A stretch of 64,000 nucleotides of DNA from contig JAPEUD010000019.1 of the NCBI GenBank assembly GCA_026026165.1, forward strand, positions 186,001-250,000, read 5' to 3'. The position numbers and the translations under genes were made by a program. Below the pieces are notes generated by a model. It worked only from the letters and a program-made list of their open reading frames with translations. It did no database searches and was not told the DNA's origin. The stretch is from Sarea resinae (lineage: Eukaryota). Positions 49,477 through 62,447 of this stretch are shown here, one piece after another; positions within the stretch are counted from its first letter, which is position 1, and each line of letters begins with the position of its first letter.

Positions 49477-52400
49477 ATGTAGGTAATGAGCCGACTAGGC
49501 AGAAGTTATATATCGACGAGAGAACTGAAGAAGACTGAGGGAGGGAAGAGCAACGAAAAAGATTGCACGTCCACTCCTCGCAAGATATTGACGAGATCTT
49601 TCACCATGATGAGGACAACAAGCTCTCCATATATTCAGAGCAGCCTAGTCAGGTGCGGCTGCACCGGCGAGCAATGTTTCGCAAGGAGGGGCCCTCAGGC
49701 ACAGATGGAATGCGTGGTCAGTGGGATTGGTTGAGAACGCAAATCAGCAGGACAAGGAGCGAATCAGAAAGGAGGCCGGGGGGGGTGGAGGGGGGAGGGG
49801 GGTGGTGGATGTACTGGGGAGGAGATGCACCGGGGGGTGGGAAGGGTGGTGGATGAAGGGTGGGAGGGGGGGTTAGTGAGTGGTAGGTAAGTGGTGTGCC
49901 GCCTGCAGCTGCTGCAGGGCTTGAGATCTGGGATTGGTACAGCAGGGGCCATTGTACTGCTTCAGTCGACTCTAGCACAAGAGGGTCAAGAGAGTCAAGA
50001 GAGAGGAGAGAGCAGCGAGGCCAGAGAGGGTAAAGAGTGGGAGGATTTCCATGGGCGGGCCGGGGTGCGAGGGGGGTGGAGAGGAGCACCAGAGGTACGA
50101 GGACTCCGTACTGAGTCTCCTATGGGATCTGCTATGGATCACTGATGCGAGAGGCACTAGGCTAGCCGAAAAGGTCTTCTGCTGCAGACGAGGTGGTGTG
50201 TTCTGGGAGGACGGTGTTTTGAGACTGGCGTGGGGTGAGCTGTCAAATGCAGCGGCAGTTCCGGCTTAGCAGTATTCTAGTGGTATTTGGTACCAGACAG
50301 CATGTCGCCGTGGGCCAAGGGGAACGAAGGCGAAGGCGCGAAGGCATGATAGCACGAATGCACGACGAGTGCAAAGTATTGCACCATTGCACCATTGCAC
50401 CATCGCAGTATTGCAGTATTGCACTACTCTATGCAGTACCTGATGTACCTGCCCTGCTTAGGGACCTTACTTACCTTGCCTACCTCATTCTTCCCGCTCG
50501 GCGTTCGCAGTGGAGTGGAGTTCACCTCATACAACTCCAAGGCACGAGGCCGAGAAGGGCCAAATGAGATACCTCCACTCCATTCTGCCTATCTCCATGT
50601 GCGTGCTGAGAGCCCCAGGCGCGGTCGATCATGGCTTCGGGGTCGAGGCAATGTGCGTGACCCCGATAAAGACGAAAGGGACGGGAGGTACTCGAGTACT
50701 CAGTGATCGCTGATGATGATGACGATGATGATGTACCTTGCCTCGCAGTGGTGGCCCTCTTAGTGTGGTGGTGATGGTGATGTTGACGATTGCAGTCGAC
50801 TACTCAAGTACCTAAGATATCTAGCAACTTACCTGAGCTACAAAGTTACATCAAGGTACTCCACTATCACTCGTCAAGTGGTATTGAGTCCCTTGGTGAA
50901 CGCTGCTGCAGTACTTCATACGACGGAATAGTCCGAATAGCGCAAGCGTCGAGTAGGGTGGGATGAAGACAATCCTTTCCTGCTAACTCTGTCAAATCCA
51001 TGAAGATTTTCCCATTCCCTGCATTAGCTCTGTACGTGCTCGCAACTTGGCCCCCCCCGCGCCTAACCCAACTGGACCTCCCAAACGGCTACGGTACGGA
51101 GCGGAGAGGGCCCACAATTTTGGCTTAGTGGCCACTGGGCAGTACAGTAGGTACCTTACTGAAGTAGTACTCCGCCGAGTGAGAGCGCGCCTTCGAACGA
51201 ACCCCTCGGCTTCCCCCTCGCGTGGACTGGACCCTGTCGACGGAGTACGGCCACCGCCAGCAGCGGCAAATTCAAAAAAAAACTTCCTTCTCGCTAAGAA
51301 AATGTCGTCAGGACGTGTACGGAGTACTCATGCTGGGCTCACGTAGTACTTCCGTCGCCGCCCTGATGCTTCACCTGGACCATCCACTGAATCCTGGCAT
51401 AATCAAGCCACTGCCCTCAAATAATCTCCCTCGAGAGGCGACACCCCACACACCACCTCCCCCGTGCCTGTGGAGGCGCGCTGACTTCTCCATGTGGAAG
51501 TGGATGGGCGACTCGCCCACCAGCTACCTTACTAGGCAGAGATGAAGAAATAGCTCCTGCTCGACTATCTCCTACCTTACTTTACTCGTACTTCGTACAA
51601 TGGCATCCGTACCAGCCCATACCTACCTTGGTCCTCCAGATGAACGTATACTTGGTATGTAGCTACATACAGACCTGTGCTGTGGGAAAGCCAAATCTTT
51701 AATCCGCATTTACCCGCCGCCGTTCCACCAAGCAGCAAGGCACATCAGAGCGCTGCCGATGCCTGCCGCGCCGTACCTCGCAACGATGGATGCGTCTCTC
51801 ATGGCATGATCAATGGATGAGTGCTCAGTGTCTACCTAGTACATGTGCATTCGGACAAATCGCATCGGTCTGCAGAGGGATGCTCTCCTTCGCTGCCGTC
51901 ATCTGTGCAAATCCTCGCGCCATCAGAGATGACGGACGACGGAACACCAAAACGACGCAATCCTCAGCGCCTTGGCATCAGCGAACAAGTGATCAGCGCT
52001 CCCCGTGATGGAGGCTATTGTTAGTACATCCATGGATAGCACCATTGCTGGGCTCCTCCTTCGATCATGTTGGAAGTCGATTCGCGTGAGTAGCAAGGGT
52101 CGGCCGGTGCAGGTGGATGGCGGCAGAGTGGCAGCTGATTGGGTCATCTCCCTCCAGGGCTCCTAGCTGTCTCATTGTCTCATTGTCTCATTGTCTCAGC
52201 GGCGTCCCTTCTGCGGCGTGCGTGCTTGCGTGCGCATTATTGCTGAGGAAGCTGAGGTGATCCTGGTTGTGGCTTTCGGTTGTTCTGTCGTCGTCTCCGT
52301 AGTCGGATATGATCGTCACGGCCGTCGATCATCTCGTTGCAGCGCCCACGATACGGTTTCGGCCGCTCGGCTTGGTCTTTCGACCCAAATGGAATGGAAG

Positions 52401-55400
52401 CCATGATGATACTCCTTGACGTACGAGTAGAACACGATGAGCCACGCAGAGGAATCATCGACGATACCCTAGTAATATCTCATGAGGCTTACTTATCACG
52501 TACGGCTCAGACAGACAAGGCTGAGCCCGTCGTTCACAGCCTCGCTGGATATTCGAAGACGGTTTCCATGGTCATGTACAGGATTGGCATTGGCATTGAT
52601 CACTTGGTGAAGCTGTGAGCCTCGAGCGCCGCGTCAATGATGCGATAAGCACCCAAAGTGCGCAAAGAACGCTTCGGTTTAGTAAGCGCAAACCCCCAGA
52701 GCGCTGTTCAGCTCCTACGAAGTCGTGCAGGTCTCTTCTGCTTGGACCTCTTTACGACCTGATCTGCGCACCCTGACTGGCTCGTCAAGCACCGTGGTCC
52801 GTAAGTCCGATAGACATAATACCACTCAATGCGTTCGACCCAGCAATGCCATCTCTACAACGGGATCTTCAAGTTGAAATTACCCAAATTACCCATGGAT
52901 GGGGCTGGACAGGGTCCGCACCGGTTCCCAAGACCCCACCGAGAGTGACCCCCACTCGGCTTATCATGCAGGCACGGATCTGGAAGCATATCGAAGGTCG
53001 TGATGGAGAAGAGAAAATCGAGCGACCTAGATTTCTCGAGATGGTCGCGGCTCGACTACAGAGTATGTAAGGTACGGAGAGCACGGCACGGTTGGCCTGC
53101 TGACTCTACTGAAGGAGCCAAGGGGCAAACATGATGGATGTCGAAGGCGCCACGGCGCACGCCCAAGCATGTCAATCATTGATGCTGGTGCCATTCCCCG
53201 CGACATCATTCTTGTTCTTGCATTGCGTACGACGACATGACCAAGCAGAGTCCCCAGCCAGCAACCCCGCTTGTTCATACTTCGTACTGGATGTATGCCT
53301 GCCGTCGTTGTAAATGAACAATCTTTCGCTAAGGAGATTACGAGTACTGGTGGTGGCTGGGGCGAGGATCCATTGGAAGGCAACATCACCGAAACATCCC
53401 AGTGCCGCCAAGACCTTTCCCCACACATACGACCAGACGTACGTGAACGGCACACAAGTCGATCTGCATTCAAGAGATCTCTGTCGCTTGCTGCTGAAAC
53501 GTGGGATGGCAAGAGAAGAGAACATGGCCGGGAAAATCGGCCAGTCAGCCACCAACACTTTATTTCCCAACAGGATCATCATCGTTGATCTGCGACGGCG
53601 TCTGACCGCAGAAAGAGCGGCAACGGCAGAAGCGGAGGCAAAGTGACGTACGGGGCAGTGATGTGCAAGACGCCGTGCTCGCGTCTGGGTAGGCATCGAT
53701 CTCTTTACTTTTTCTTTATTTGTCGTACATATTTTGCCTCATAGGGGCCCAGGGGTCTTCACTCTTGCTGTCTTCGACTTCTGCGCTTTGGCTCTTGATG
53801 TGAAGGTGGACGGCCGACCGATGGCCGATGAATAGGGAAGGCAAAAGGACTTCCAGGGCCACGAGGCAATGTATGGTGCACCAAAGGGAGCGCAGGATCC
53901 ATCGAGATACGAGCCCCTTGGAAAGGCTTGATCACCCTGCCGTTGGTCTTCAACGAGCGGGCAATGTCGAAAACGCGCGCGGAGATGCGAGATGCCATTT
54001 CCTACAGTTCTACGACCGCTTGCCACTTGGTGTCGCACTCGCACTCGCAGAAGCTTGAATGGATAGGACCATGCATCGAGGATGCTGTTGTTCTACGATA
54101 TATTATATAATACAATCACGTTGGTAGATTATTGCATTCTCCCTCTACTTGTACCACCCCGCTTCAAGCCTTTACGCCTTCACGCCTTCAAGCCTGGCTT
54201 TCTCCACTCGGTACTGCGGCCACCATCCTCATGCCAGCATGGGTGTGACATTGACAATCTATGATCCTTCTTGGGCCTTATCTTCCTCCTTGATCCTATC
54301 ACATGAAATACGTTCTCTCGATGATACGACGGTTCTATGCTCTTTACGCTGCAACGCTGCGCTCGAGCACTGATCTCTGGCTTATCGGTGGCAAATGATC
54401 ATGGGCATATCATGGGCATGATTGAGAGCAGAGCCCGTCGCGACAGCCAGAATGACAGCTGCAACAATGGGCCGGTTAGATGCTGGCTGTCAAAGCTCAA
54501 AGGCGATCGACGGACGAGGAACGCGAAGCCGTTTCGGAAGAGTCTGCAGAGCACGGTTCACCTGTCACAGGGAAGCGATGACGGCGGCCACCCGCATCGC
54601 TGCTGCATCAACATCCAGGTAGAGAGAGCATCAGCGTATGGACAGCATCCATGGATGGCACTCGAGGTATCTTCTACCATCCGTGATGTCCAGCTCGCTG
54701 CATGTGCATTATTCTTGTGAACAGCCGAGAGCTTGCATAAACGCCATTCCCAAACCTCCCCGACCTTGGGTGGGTGGCGATTCTCCTCGACGACGACTCG
54801 TCCAATCCATGGATGTCATTCCATTCTCGCTGTCCTGCCCGTGGCTGGACATGGGCCGTACCAGCTACGAGCTTGATTGGCTTTGGTCACCGTTGGACTC
54901 CAGCACCAACGTCGGGTTTCAGCGAAGAGACTGCTGCCACGAAGTCACCATGTATGTATGATGTCTTCGATCGACATTAATATGGATGAAATGCATTCAA
55001 AATCTCCGCGCCTCCGCACTCTCGGACCTCCTTTCCTGCTGGCGCCCGCTCCAGTGTCAGCGGAGACGGTCGACACCCGCGAAAGACGACGGGCGGCTGG
55101 CAGAAATCAGAGTCTACCATGGGTCTTGACACAGCTAACGAGCGAGCTATCCGCGGTTTCGAGAAACCTTGTGACAAAATGGCATGTTTGATGTTCGACT
55201 GGTGTGCGCTTGTTACCTTTTTGGGCTCTTCCGGCAAAGGAGGGGGACCCTCACTCAAGCTCAGACGATCTCCCGCTCTCCGTCTTCCAATGCTGGTGTG
55301 AAATGACTTTGGTGGCCCAATGCAAAATGCTTTTCTCCACAGTCTCGGCAGTAACAGTAACACGAGTCGGCATACATACATATCGTGGGGATTGGACGTG

Positions 55401-56915
55401 AGGTACGTTTTACATGGCTCTTAATTTCTTTTGTTGACGTTCCCCCTCGTGCAGTAGCGAACGAAACCCCCAGCAATAATCCTCAGCCAGAGCCGAAGTC
55501 CGTCGGCAGCGGCCTTCTCAACCGACCGATGCCCAACTTGGTGCTCGTTCGATGATCAGGCCATTCGAATCCGGACCTGAATAAGCAAAAAGCCCAGGAG
55601 TCGCACTCTTTCTTTTCTTTCCTCGCGTGCTCTGGAAGAAAATTGCCATATGGCACTAGCTAACCGTCGGCCGTGCAGTAGTCGAGTCCCACAGCGCGTG
55701 TCGATATTTTGATTTTTCGCTTTTCTCGTGGCATCATCTTTGTTTTCCCACGATCCCTATCGATGATTTTCTTAAATCTCCGCACGAGGCGGGACTTTTT
55801 CTCTTTCTCATCTCACGCCGGCCATTACGAGATTCGTCTCGTCCCCGTATCGTCTCCGAGTTTGACATGCGTTGAGAAAGAAAATTTTCCTTTTAGCGTG
55901 ATGAGATAGTCGAGAGCACGGATGCAAAACTCAAATTACGCCTCCTGTCGCCTCGCCCAAAGATGAAGATTTCAAGCGATTGCTAATGGCTCTGACATGG
56001 GCTTGATGTGCGGCCGACGTATTAGCGATCATCCAGAATCCCATGACACAGAATCGATATCCTCATCTCGCTTTCGCGTCGTGGCTTTTCTCCGTCATCA
56101 AAGCCGCCGTGCTCAAAGACTGTCCTTGGCACAGCGGGGCGGGTACTGTACGATCGCATCTGGACGCTGCGCTCAAGCCTTGGGGGAAGCCCTCTCTGTT
56201 TCCGCCAGCCAGTATGGATCACGATGGTACGAGCAGCCTCTTTGCAAGCGGACTCGAGACCCGGGAGCAGTCTTTCGATAAAATTGAGATCCGCTATGAT
56301 GATGCGAGCTGCTCCTCCCACTCTTACCGTGCAGCCTTGCCTTTATGTGCTCGACTTTCCCGACCGCAATTCTCTCCTCGACGACCGACTGCATTGAGAA
56401 CAGAACATTGGCAGGACTATATATCCCAGGAGCAATAACGGCTTTGACATTAATATCTACTAGCTAGCTCATGTATGATGAATCCACCAAGTCTTCGAAG
56501 TCGTTGTTCATCTGCTCAACGTGATTCGCTGTCGTTGTCGTTCGATTAGGTTCCCCTCGCTTTGGTCACTTTGTTCGCTGTGTCTGTCGTCCCGGTTCTC
56601 TCTCTCTTTCTACACCATCTAAGCCACGTCTATAACCATGTCTATGCGCCAGCACAGCACACCCACCACGACTCGGCGCCCCAATCGCTCCTGATCCGAT
56701 CGCCCTCGATCACAGACATACACACACAGAGAGAGAGAAGCCAAGAGCCAAGCAAGAAGGGCAGCGAGATAGGTGACGGATGATGGGTACTGCTGGATTG
56801 CGGGAATGGGTAAGGGGTAGGGGTTATGGAGTATGTGGTATAGAGTTTGGAGTATAGAGTTTGGAGTATGGGTAATGAGTAATAGGTATCGGGAGACAGG
56901 CAATCCAAACACAGG

Positions 56916-56916
<1 letters not shown>

Positions 56917-56971
<55 letters not shown>

Positions 56972-57039
56972 TTCTTCTTCTTCTTCTTCTTCTTCTTCTT
57001 CTTCTTCTTCTTCTTCTTCTTCTTCTTCTTCTTCTTCTT
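56917..57039. repeat. Compound trinucleotide microsatellite (CAT)18(CTT)23
   Basis: Counted directly; matches the 18 His + 23 Leu in the spurious ORF 56833-57060. Confidence 0.95.
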
Positions 57040-57745
57040 TTCCATCCGACTCGGCTTTGAAGAATTCTATGATTGAAGTCTCTATCGCATCTGTCCGACA
57101 AACGAACCAACGAACGAACAAACCAGCGAAATAAAGAACGGAAGAAGTGAAATAATCAACAGCATCCAGACACGGATCTAAGCATATACAACACCCTGCC
57201 CCTCTATCCATCTGTCCATCTGTCCACAACCCCATCTGATGCCCAAACTGCCCCTCTGTCCATCTACCCACCCACCAGCCCACCCATCAAGAGCATCAAC
57301 CCGGGGACATTGTGAGCCGCCCGTTGCGTTCCCCCCGGCAAAAAGGGAGAACCGGACGGCCCAACAGTCAAAACCCGGGGTACCTCCCGATGGGCAGACA
57401 GGCAGGCAGGCAAGCAGACAGGCGGAGGGAACGGTTCAGAATCAGAAAGCACAAAAAAGAAAGGAAAAAACCCCCCCCCAAACCAAGACTGAAGACCAAG
57501 AACGAAACCAGGACCCAAGAGATGAAGAATTCCCAAAACGAACGAGAACAGCTCCGATCGAGAACCCCGTACCGCGTGCCCAATGTACCCAAACAAACGA
57601 AAAAACGTTCCGATCGATGACCCTGCACCGCGTGTCCAACAGACCCAAACAAACAATAAGAGAAATCGCGTACGAGGACCACTGCTCACTAACACCAGTC
57701 GTCTCACTCCGCTGCCGAGCAAACAGAGAGTAGAGTACAGCTCAC

Positions 57746-59092
57746 TTATACGACGCTCCTACTGCGACCAGAGAGTATGATAGGCTGTTCGGCTGCAGGG
57801 CTGTGCCCACTACCGCTTCCGCTTCCGGAGCCAGCGCGCCTGTCGCCCGATCCGCCCGATCCGCGTCGAGCGGTGACGGGGAAGCCGTGCTCGCCGGCAT
57901 CGTTCTCGCCCGCGCCCCACCACTTGTCGAACACGAGCTCGTTCGCCACCATGCTCTCGGGCGCGTTGACGTAGTCCAGGTGCGTGTTGAGCGACTGCGG
58001 TGGCACGGGGATGTGGTTGTACGTGTAGTTGAACAGGGACGCGTAGGAGACCCGATACGCCACGAGGGCAGCAATGGTGCCGATGGTGGCGCCGGCGAGG
58101 ATGTCCCATGTCTGATGGTGCTGGTGGAGGTTAGCATATGAATGGGCCGAGCAGGGCGGGTGGAGTGGAAGAGAGAGAAAATTACTGTACCTTGTCGACT
58201 GTCAAGCCGCCAGCGATGAGAGTCGCGCCGATAAGGGGGAAGACCATGACCATTGGCCTCCAGAAATGCGGCGCGTGATCGCTCATGACCTTGAGCTTGG
58301 CATTGATATAGAGGGCTAGATAAACCCCCGATGCAAATGCGGCGGCTGTGTGGCCACTGGGAAAGGATTGAAGGCTAGATTCGACCACGAGAGAATGAAT
58401 CAGCTGGATTGCCAAGGGAAAAGAGCATTATGGCATTCCTCAGAAACGGATATAGGTGTGTCAGAACAGTCGAAATTCTAGTCAAGACTTACCCGTAAGT
58501 GACCATTTTCCTGCTTCCAGTACAAGCATCAACATTGAGATAGACGCTCCCATGTTGTGGCACCAAAGCCGGGTCCGGGCGACAGAGTTCGAGGAAGTTA
58601 GGACGAAAGCCACCGATGTAGTTCTTGAAAATCACTTGCACAAAGGTCCTGGAACGCGTTAGTAAATCTCGCGCAACACGCTGAAACATATAATCAAAAC
58701 AAAGTCAAAGATTAGTATACGCACGCAATGATCAGTGCTTTCAATAAACCCGTAACAGCGGCATGAGTGTCCCACACACTCCTTAACCTGCATTGGAACA
58801 ATGCGATTACGACGATGGGTACTCCCAGACAGACCGTGGCCGCAATGAGAGATGTGACCATTTGGGGCATCAGCGGGTGGCTGATGTAATGGTCGCCTTG
58901 AATGGAGCCGCTGTAACCGCGATGCACTTCGAAAAACCGTGATTGACGCCTGTTCATAGGGAGGTTGTAAAATCCCCACATGCTTGAAGCAATGAGGATC
59001 ATGGAGAGCAGATCCAACCACACAATCTGGAAGTACTCGCGCGAGAGCGTTCCGAACGCTCTCGCCCTTTCGCGAAAAGTGCGTTTTGCCAT
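57746..59092 (-). CDS. PAP2-superfamily lipid phosphate phosphatase-like membrane protein (~360 aa)
   Basis: Exons 59092-58725, 58648-58493, 58374-58191, 58120-57746, in frame. C1 KNYIGGFRP, C2 SFPSGH, C3 variant GLTVDKHHQTWD; several hydrophobic helices. Confidence 0.9.
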
Positions 59093-60689
59093 AGTCGCAA
59101 AGCGTAGAGATTCAATCTGCAGAGTGCAGATGGTATATGAGTATTTGAATGTGATGTATGAGTGGAATGGTGCTGTTGGCTGAGAACGGGGAGAATGTGT
59201 CGTGATGATGATGGAGAGGGTGGAGAGGAAGAGAAGCCAAGAAGATGGCTCGCAGGAAGAAGCTGATAGATGGCGCGTCCATGTGGAGGAGATGTTTCGT
59301 TGTTGTTGGCCGCATATCAACACAACTCGCGGTTAGAGTCGCGACTTCCATATTCAGGGTTCATATTTTGATTAGGGCCTTTTCGAGCAATCACGCAAAC
59401 ACAGAACCAGTATGGCAAGGTAAATGAGCAAAGAGCAGCAGCGTAAATCACAAGTCAAAGTCGTTTGGAGATGGACAAAGATTGAACTTGAAGAGAGTAG
59501 GAATGATAGATACCCAATCTTGATGGGTTTCTGCGAATGGAAACAAAAATTAAGAAGAGGTTGATGGATTCACCACAGCTATAGAAAGTACATGGAGACA
59601 TAATGAGACGGGCCGCTTGAAGCATAGACATAGAGATCTTTGAGATGCTATCATAGAATCGATAGACCGGAACTTTCAAAATAACAGAGCCGCAAGAGGC
59701 TGACGACAAGATCATCGTCTGTTCCATTGGGAGTCGTCCCATAACAAACCCTTTTCGCGCGCGGCAATTACGTAGACCCAATTTCGCGCTTCGGCGTCGC
59801 GCGTCTGCTCCTGTGCCTCACACGCTTCATGCACAACCGGTAGACTATTGTGAAGCTTTCAAGTTGATCAGAACGAGGGACATCAAAAGTCAATGGCCAC
59901 CAAAGCTGTGTCCTTTACTGCACCCGACACGAGGTGATAGAGGCTTTCGAGCGTCAGGTCAGGATTGTCGTTAGATCTTGCTTATGACTATCCTGAATAT
60001 AGATCATCAGCTCAAGTCTTTGCGATTGTTACCTACCTGCCAGTCCTTTCTGACCCAGGGAGTCTTCAGCTAGTAGCTGCTGATTATTCCTTGAATTACC
60101 GATGATCTTTGGCTTGCTAATATCAGTCTTACATATAGTATTCCGTATATGCCTACCTTAGCTCTGACATGATATCCGACTGCTAGCAACTAAGATTGCC
60201 CTGACCTCATTGCCCCGGGACCAAGCACCACGACCGAAGATGCATTGGGATTTGGAATGACGCTAAATTATCAGAGTGATTTCGACGAGGTTCGATGTCG
60301 GATTTGGACCATAGGAACAAAGAAATGGCAACTGCCCACGAGCGCATGACCCACGATACATTCCAAAATCGTCGATCAGCCGCTTTCTTTGTCTAGAATG
60401 CTCTTCTTAAATCACTCCTCTTCCCCGCTGCAAATATTTCGCTGATCCTTCGTTTCTGCGGATCGCAACTCAGAGAAACAACAGATATCCCTTTTATCAA
60501 GTTCTTCCCCTTGATTTCTCATAACCACCAATGGGGCTTGCCTGCTTACTTTCCAGGAGTATCCTACCTTGAACAAGCCCCAGCCTTTCGTTATTCCGCG
60601 CGTCATCAACGAACTAGACGAGACAGCTTTGCGATAAGTTATTTTGTTACCGAGAAAGCAGACTCCTTTGGTCTACTTGACGGCTCAAG

Positions 60690-61478
60690 ATGACTACCGC
60701 TGCTATTCCACCTGGACCTGAGGCTCCTGAATTACAAATTAAGGTCGACCCACCTGAGAGCCAAGACGGTCCCAAGCCTGACCATCGACTGGCCCAAACT
60801 ACCAATAAATTAAGACCACCTCGGAAACACATGCGTATTGTGCGCTTCGCCGGCTGCAATCATAGACACGACGGTCATCGCCAGAAGGGGGAGAGAATGG
60901 AATATGAAGACCCTCTCCCGAAAGAGAACATCGTCCGCGGTATAGTGACTCGTCCGCTTTGGTGTGATACATGTTTCACGAAGGAGGAGGATGAGATAAA
61001 CGCAATGTGCAATAGCAGCAACAAGCAAATCTGCGATGCAGCAAGGCGACTAATAGCCGCAGACCGCGATCCTTCAACCGCTCAAAAGGCGCTCCAAATA
61101 CGCAACCAGATTTTTGAGTGGGGAGGAATTGCAAAAGGAATGGTGGACTATATGAGATACCGTTTCTCAGACGGGGCCATCGACAAGCGTATAGCCATCT
61201 GGGCTAGAAAACAGTCGGATTGGGAGGAGGCTTGGGGGGAAGCCAAGAAAAGGTATCGGGAGACCAAGGACAAAACGGAACTCGAGACCCTATTGAAGGA
61301 ATCGCGCTGGATCCATGACAGAAATGGCTATCTTGCGGGCTGCGATGCTAGGCGTATCGAGGAAAAAGAGATGTTGAACAACCGTCGGCAGCAGAACCGG
61401 ATCGCGAGAGAGAGGCGAGAAGCGGGCGAAGCAGTTGAAGGTGAATACTCAGGTTCCGACGAGACCGTCTGTAGATAG
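60690..61478 (+). CDS. Hypothetical protein (262 aa) with CNH and CxxC motifs followed by a charged helical region
   Basis: Intronless ATG ORF in good context (tcaagATG); FAGCNH...WCDTC. Confidence 0.65.
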   Translation: MTTAAIPPGPEAPELQIKVDPPESQDGPKPDHRLAQTTNKLRPPRKHMRIVRFAGCNHRHDGHRQKGERMEYEDPLPKENIVRGIVTRPLWCDTCFTKEEDEINAMCNSSNKQICDAARRLIAADRDPSTAQKALQIRNQIFEWGGIAKGMVDYMRYRFSDGAIDKRIAIWARKQSDWEEAWGEAKKRYRETKDKTELETLLKESRWIHDRNGYLAGCDARRIEEKEMLNNRRQQNRIARERREAGEAVEGEYSGSDETVCR

Positions 61479-62447
61479 GCAAAGAGAAATGCCAGTTGAA
61501 CGATCCAACAGGGCATTATTGTGACGCCAGTCCATAGATGGAGAAGCCGTGAAGGTTCTATCCGCCCAGACGACTCTGCTGAGGCTATATGAAGAGAGGT
61601 GGGCTTTGGCAAGAGCACCCTAGCATTAGTAATATCTCATCATATAGAAGCATCTCGTCCGCCGTCTGATTTACGCTTGATGATACGTTCGTTGTGGCCT
61701 GTGAGGACAGGAAGTGCAGCGGATCGATCAAAGAGTCATGAACTGATGTCGTTGTTCGACCCTTTACGCTTGTTCGCGTGTAATGATCCCTGGGGCATCG
61801 ATCCATGCCGTCGCTGGCGCACGCGGGTGGCCGAGATGCCCGTTCCCGACAACAATGACGGCGGGGGCATCATCGATCGATGACTAATCAGATCAGATGG
61901 GGTGAGCCACACCACTGCAGTCGTTTGCCGCCCAAGATGGCCCACCGAGTCGATTCGTAGGATGAAGTACGAAGGTACGTAGTCCTTCATAGAGGAGCGA
62001 CCTTGAACAAGAGCTGCATAAGGTTGCCTATCCACACCAGTACTGTAACAACACTTCCATACACTACTGATCACTCCGCCATCTTCTCTTTCTCTTCTCT
62101 TCTCTTCTCATCAACCATTCACCTCATCCAGAAGACCCCATATCACGAACTCATACGCGTCCTCGATCTATCTCTAGGTGCACTGCTGTGGGAGATTGAC
62201 CGGCCCCGAAGCGCCCTCGACGAGAACCCCTCCATAACACACCTTTGCTGCCCCACCATCGAATATCAACCACGTCGCTTCCCAAGGCTTTCGACGAAAC
62301 CACGAATCTACTGCCCTCGCTCTTGAAGCCTCCGCTATCTCTCGTTCTAGCTTGACGTGGACTCAGACGTCTCGAGCCTGTCCAGACCATCGTTGAGGTA
62401 CCGCGAGGCTCTTTCGAGCAGAGACAGGTGGAGCTCAATCTCTCATC

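Noticed and set aside
56642..57283. ORFs with poly-E/D, poly-K/M or poly-H/L tracts
   Set aside because: Translation artefacts of the (CAT)18(CTT)23 microsatellite.
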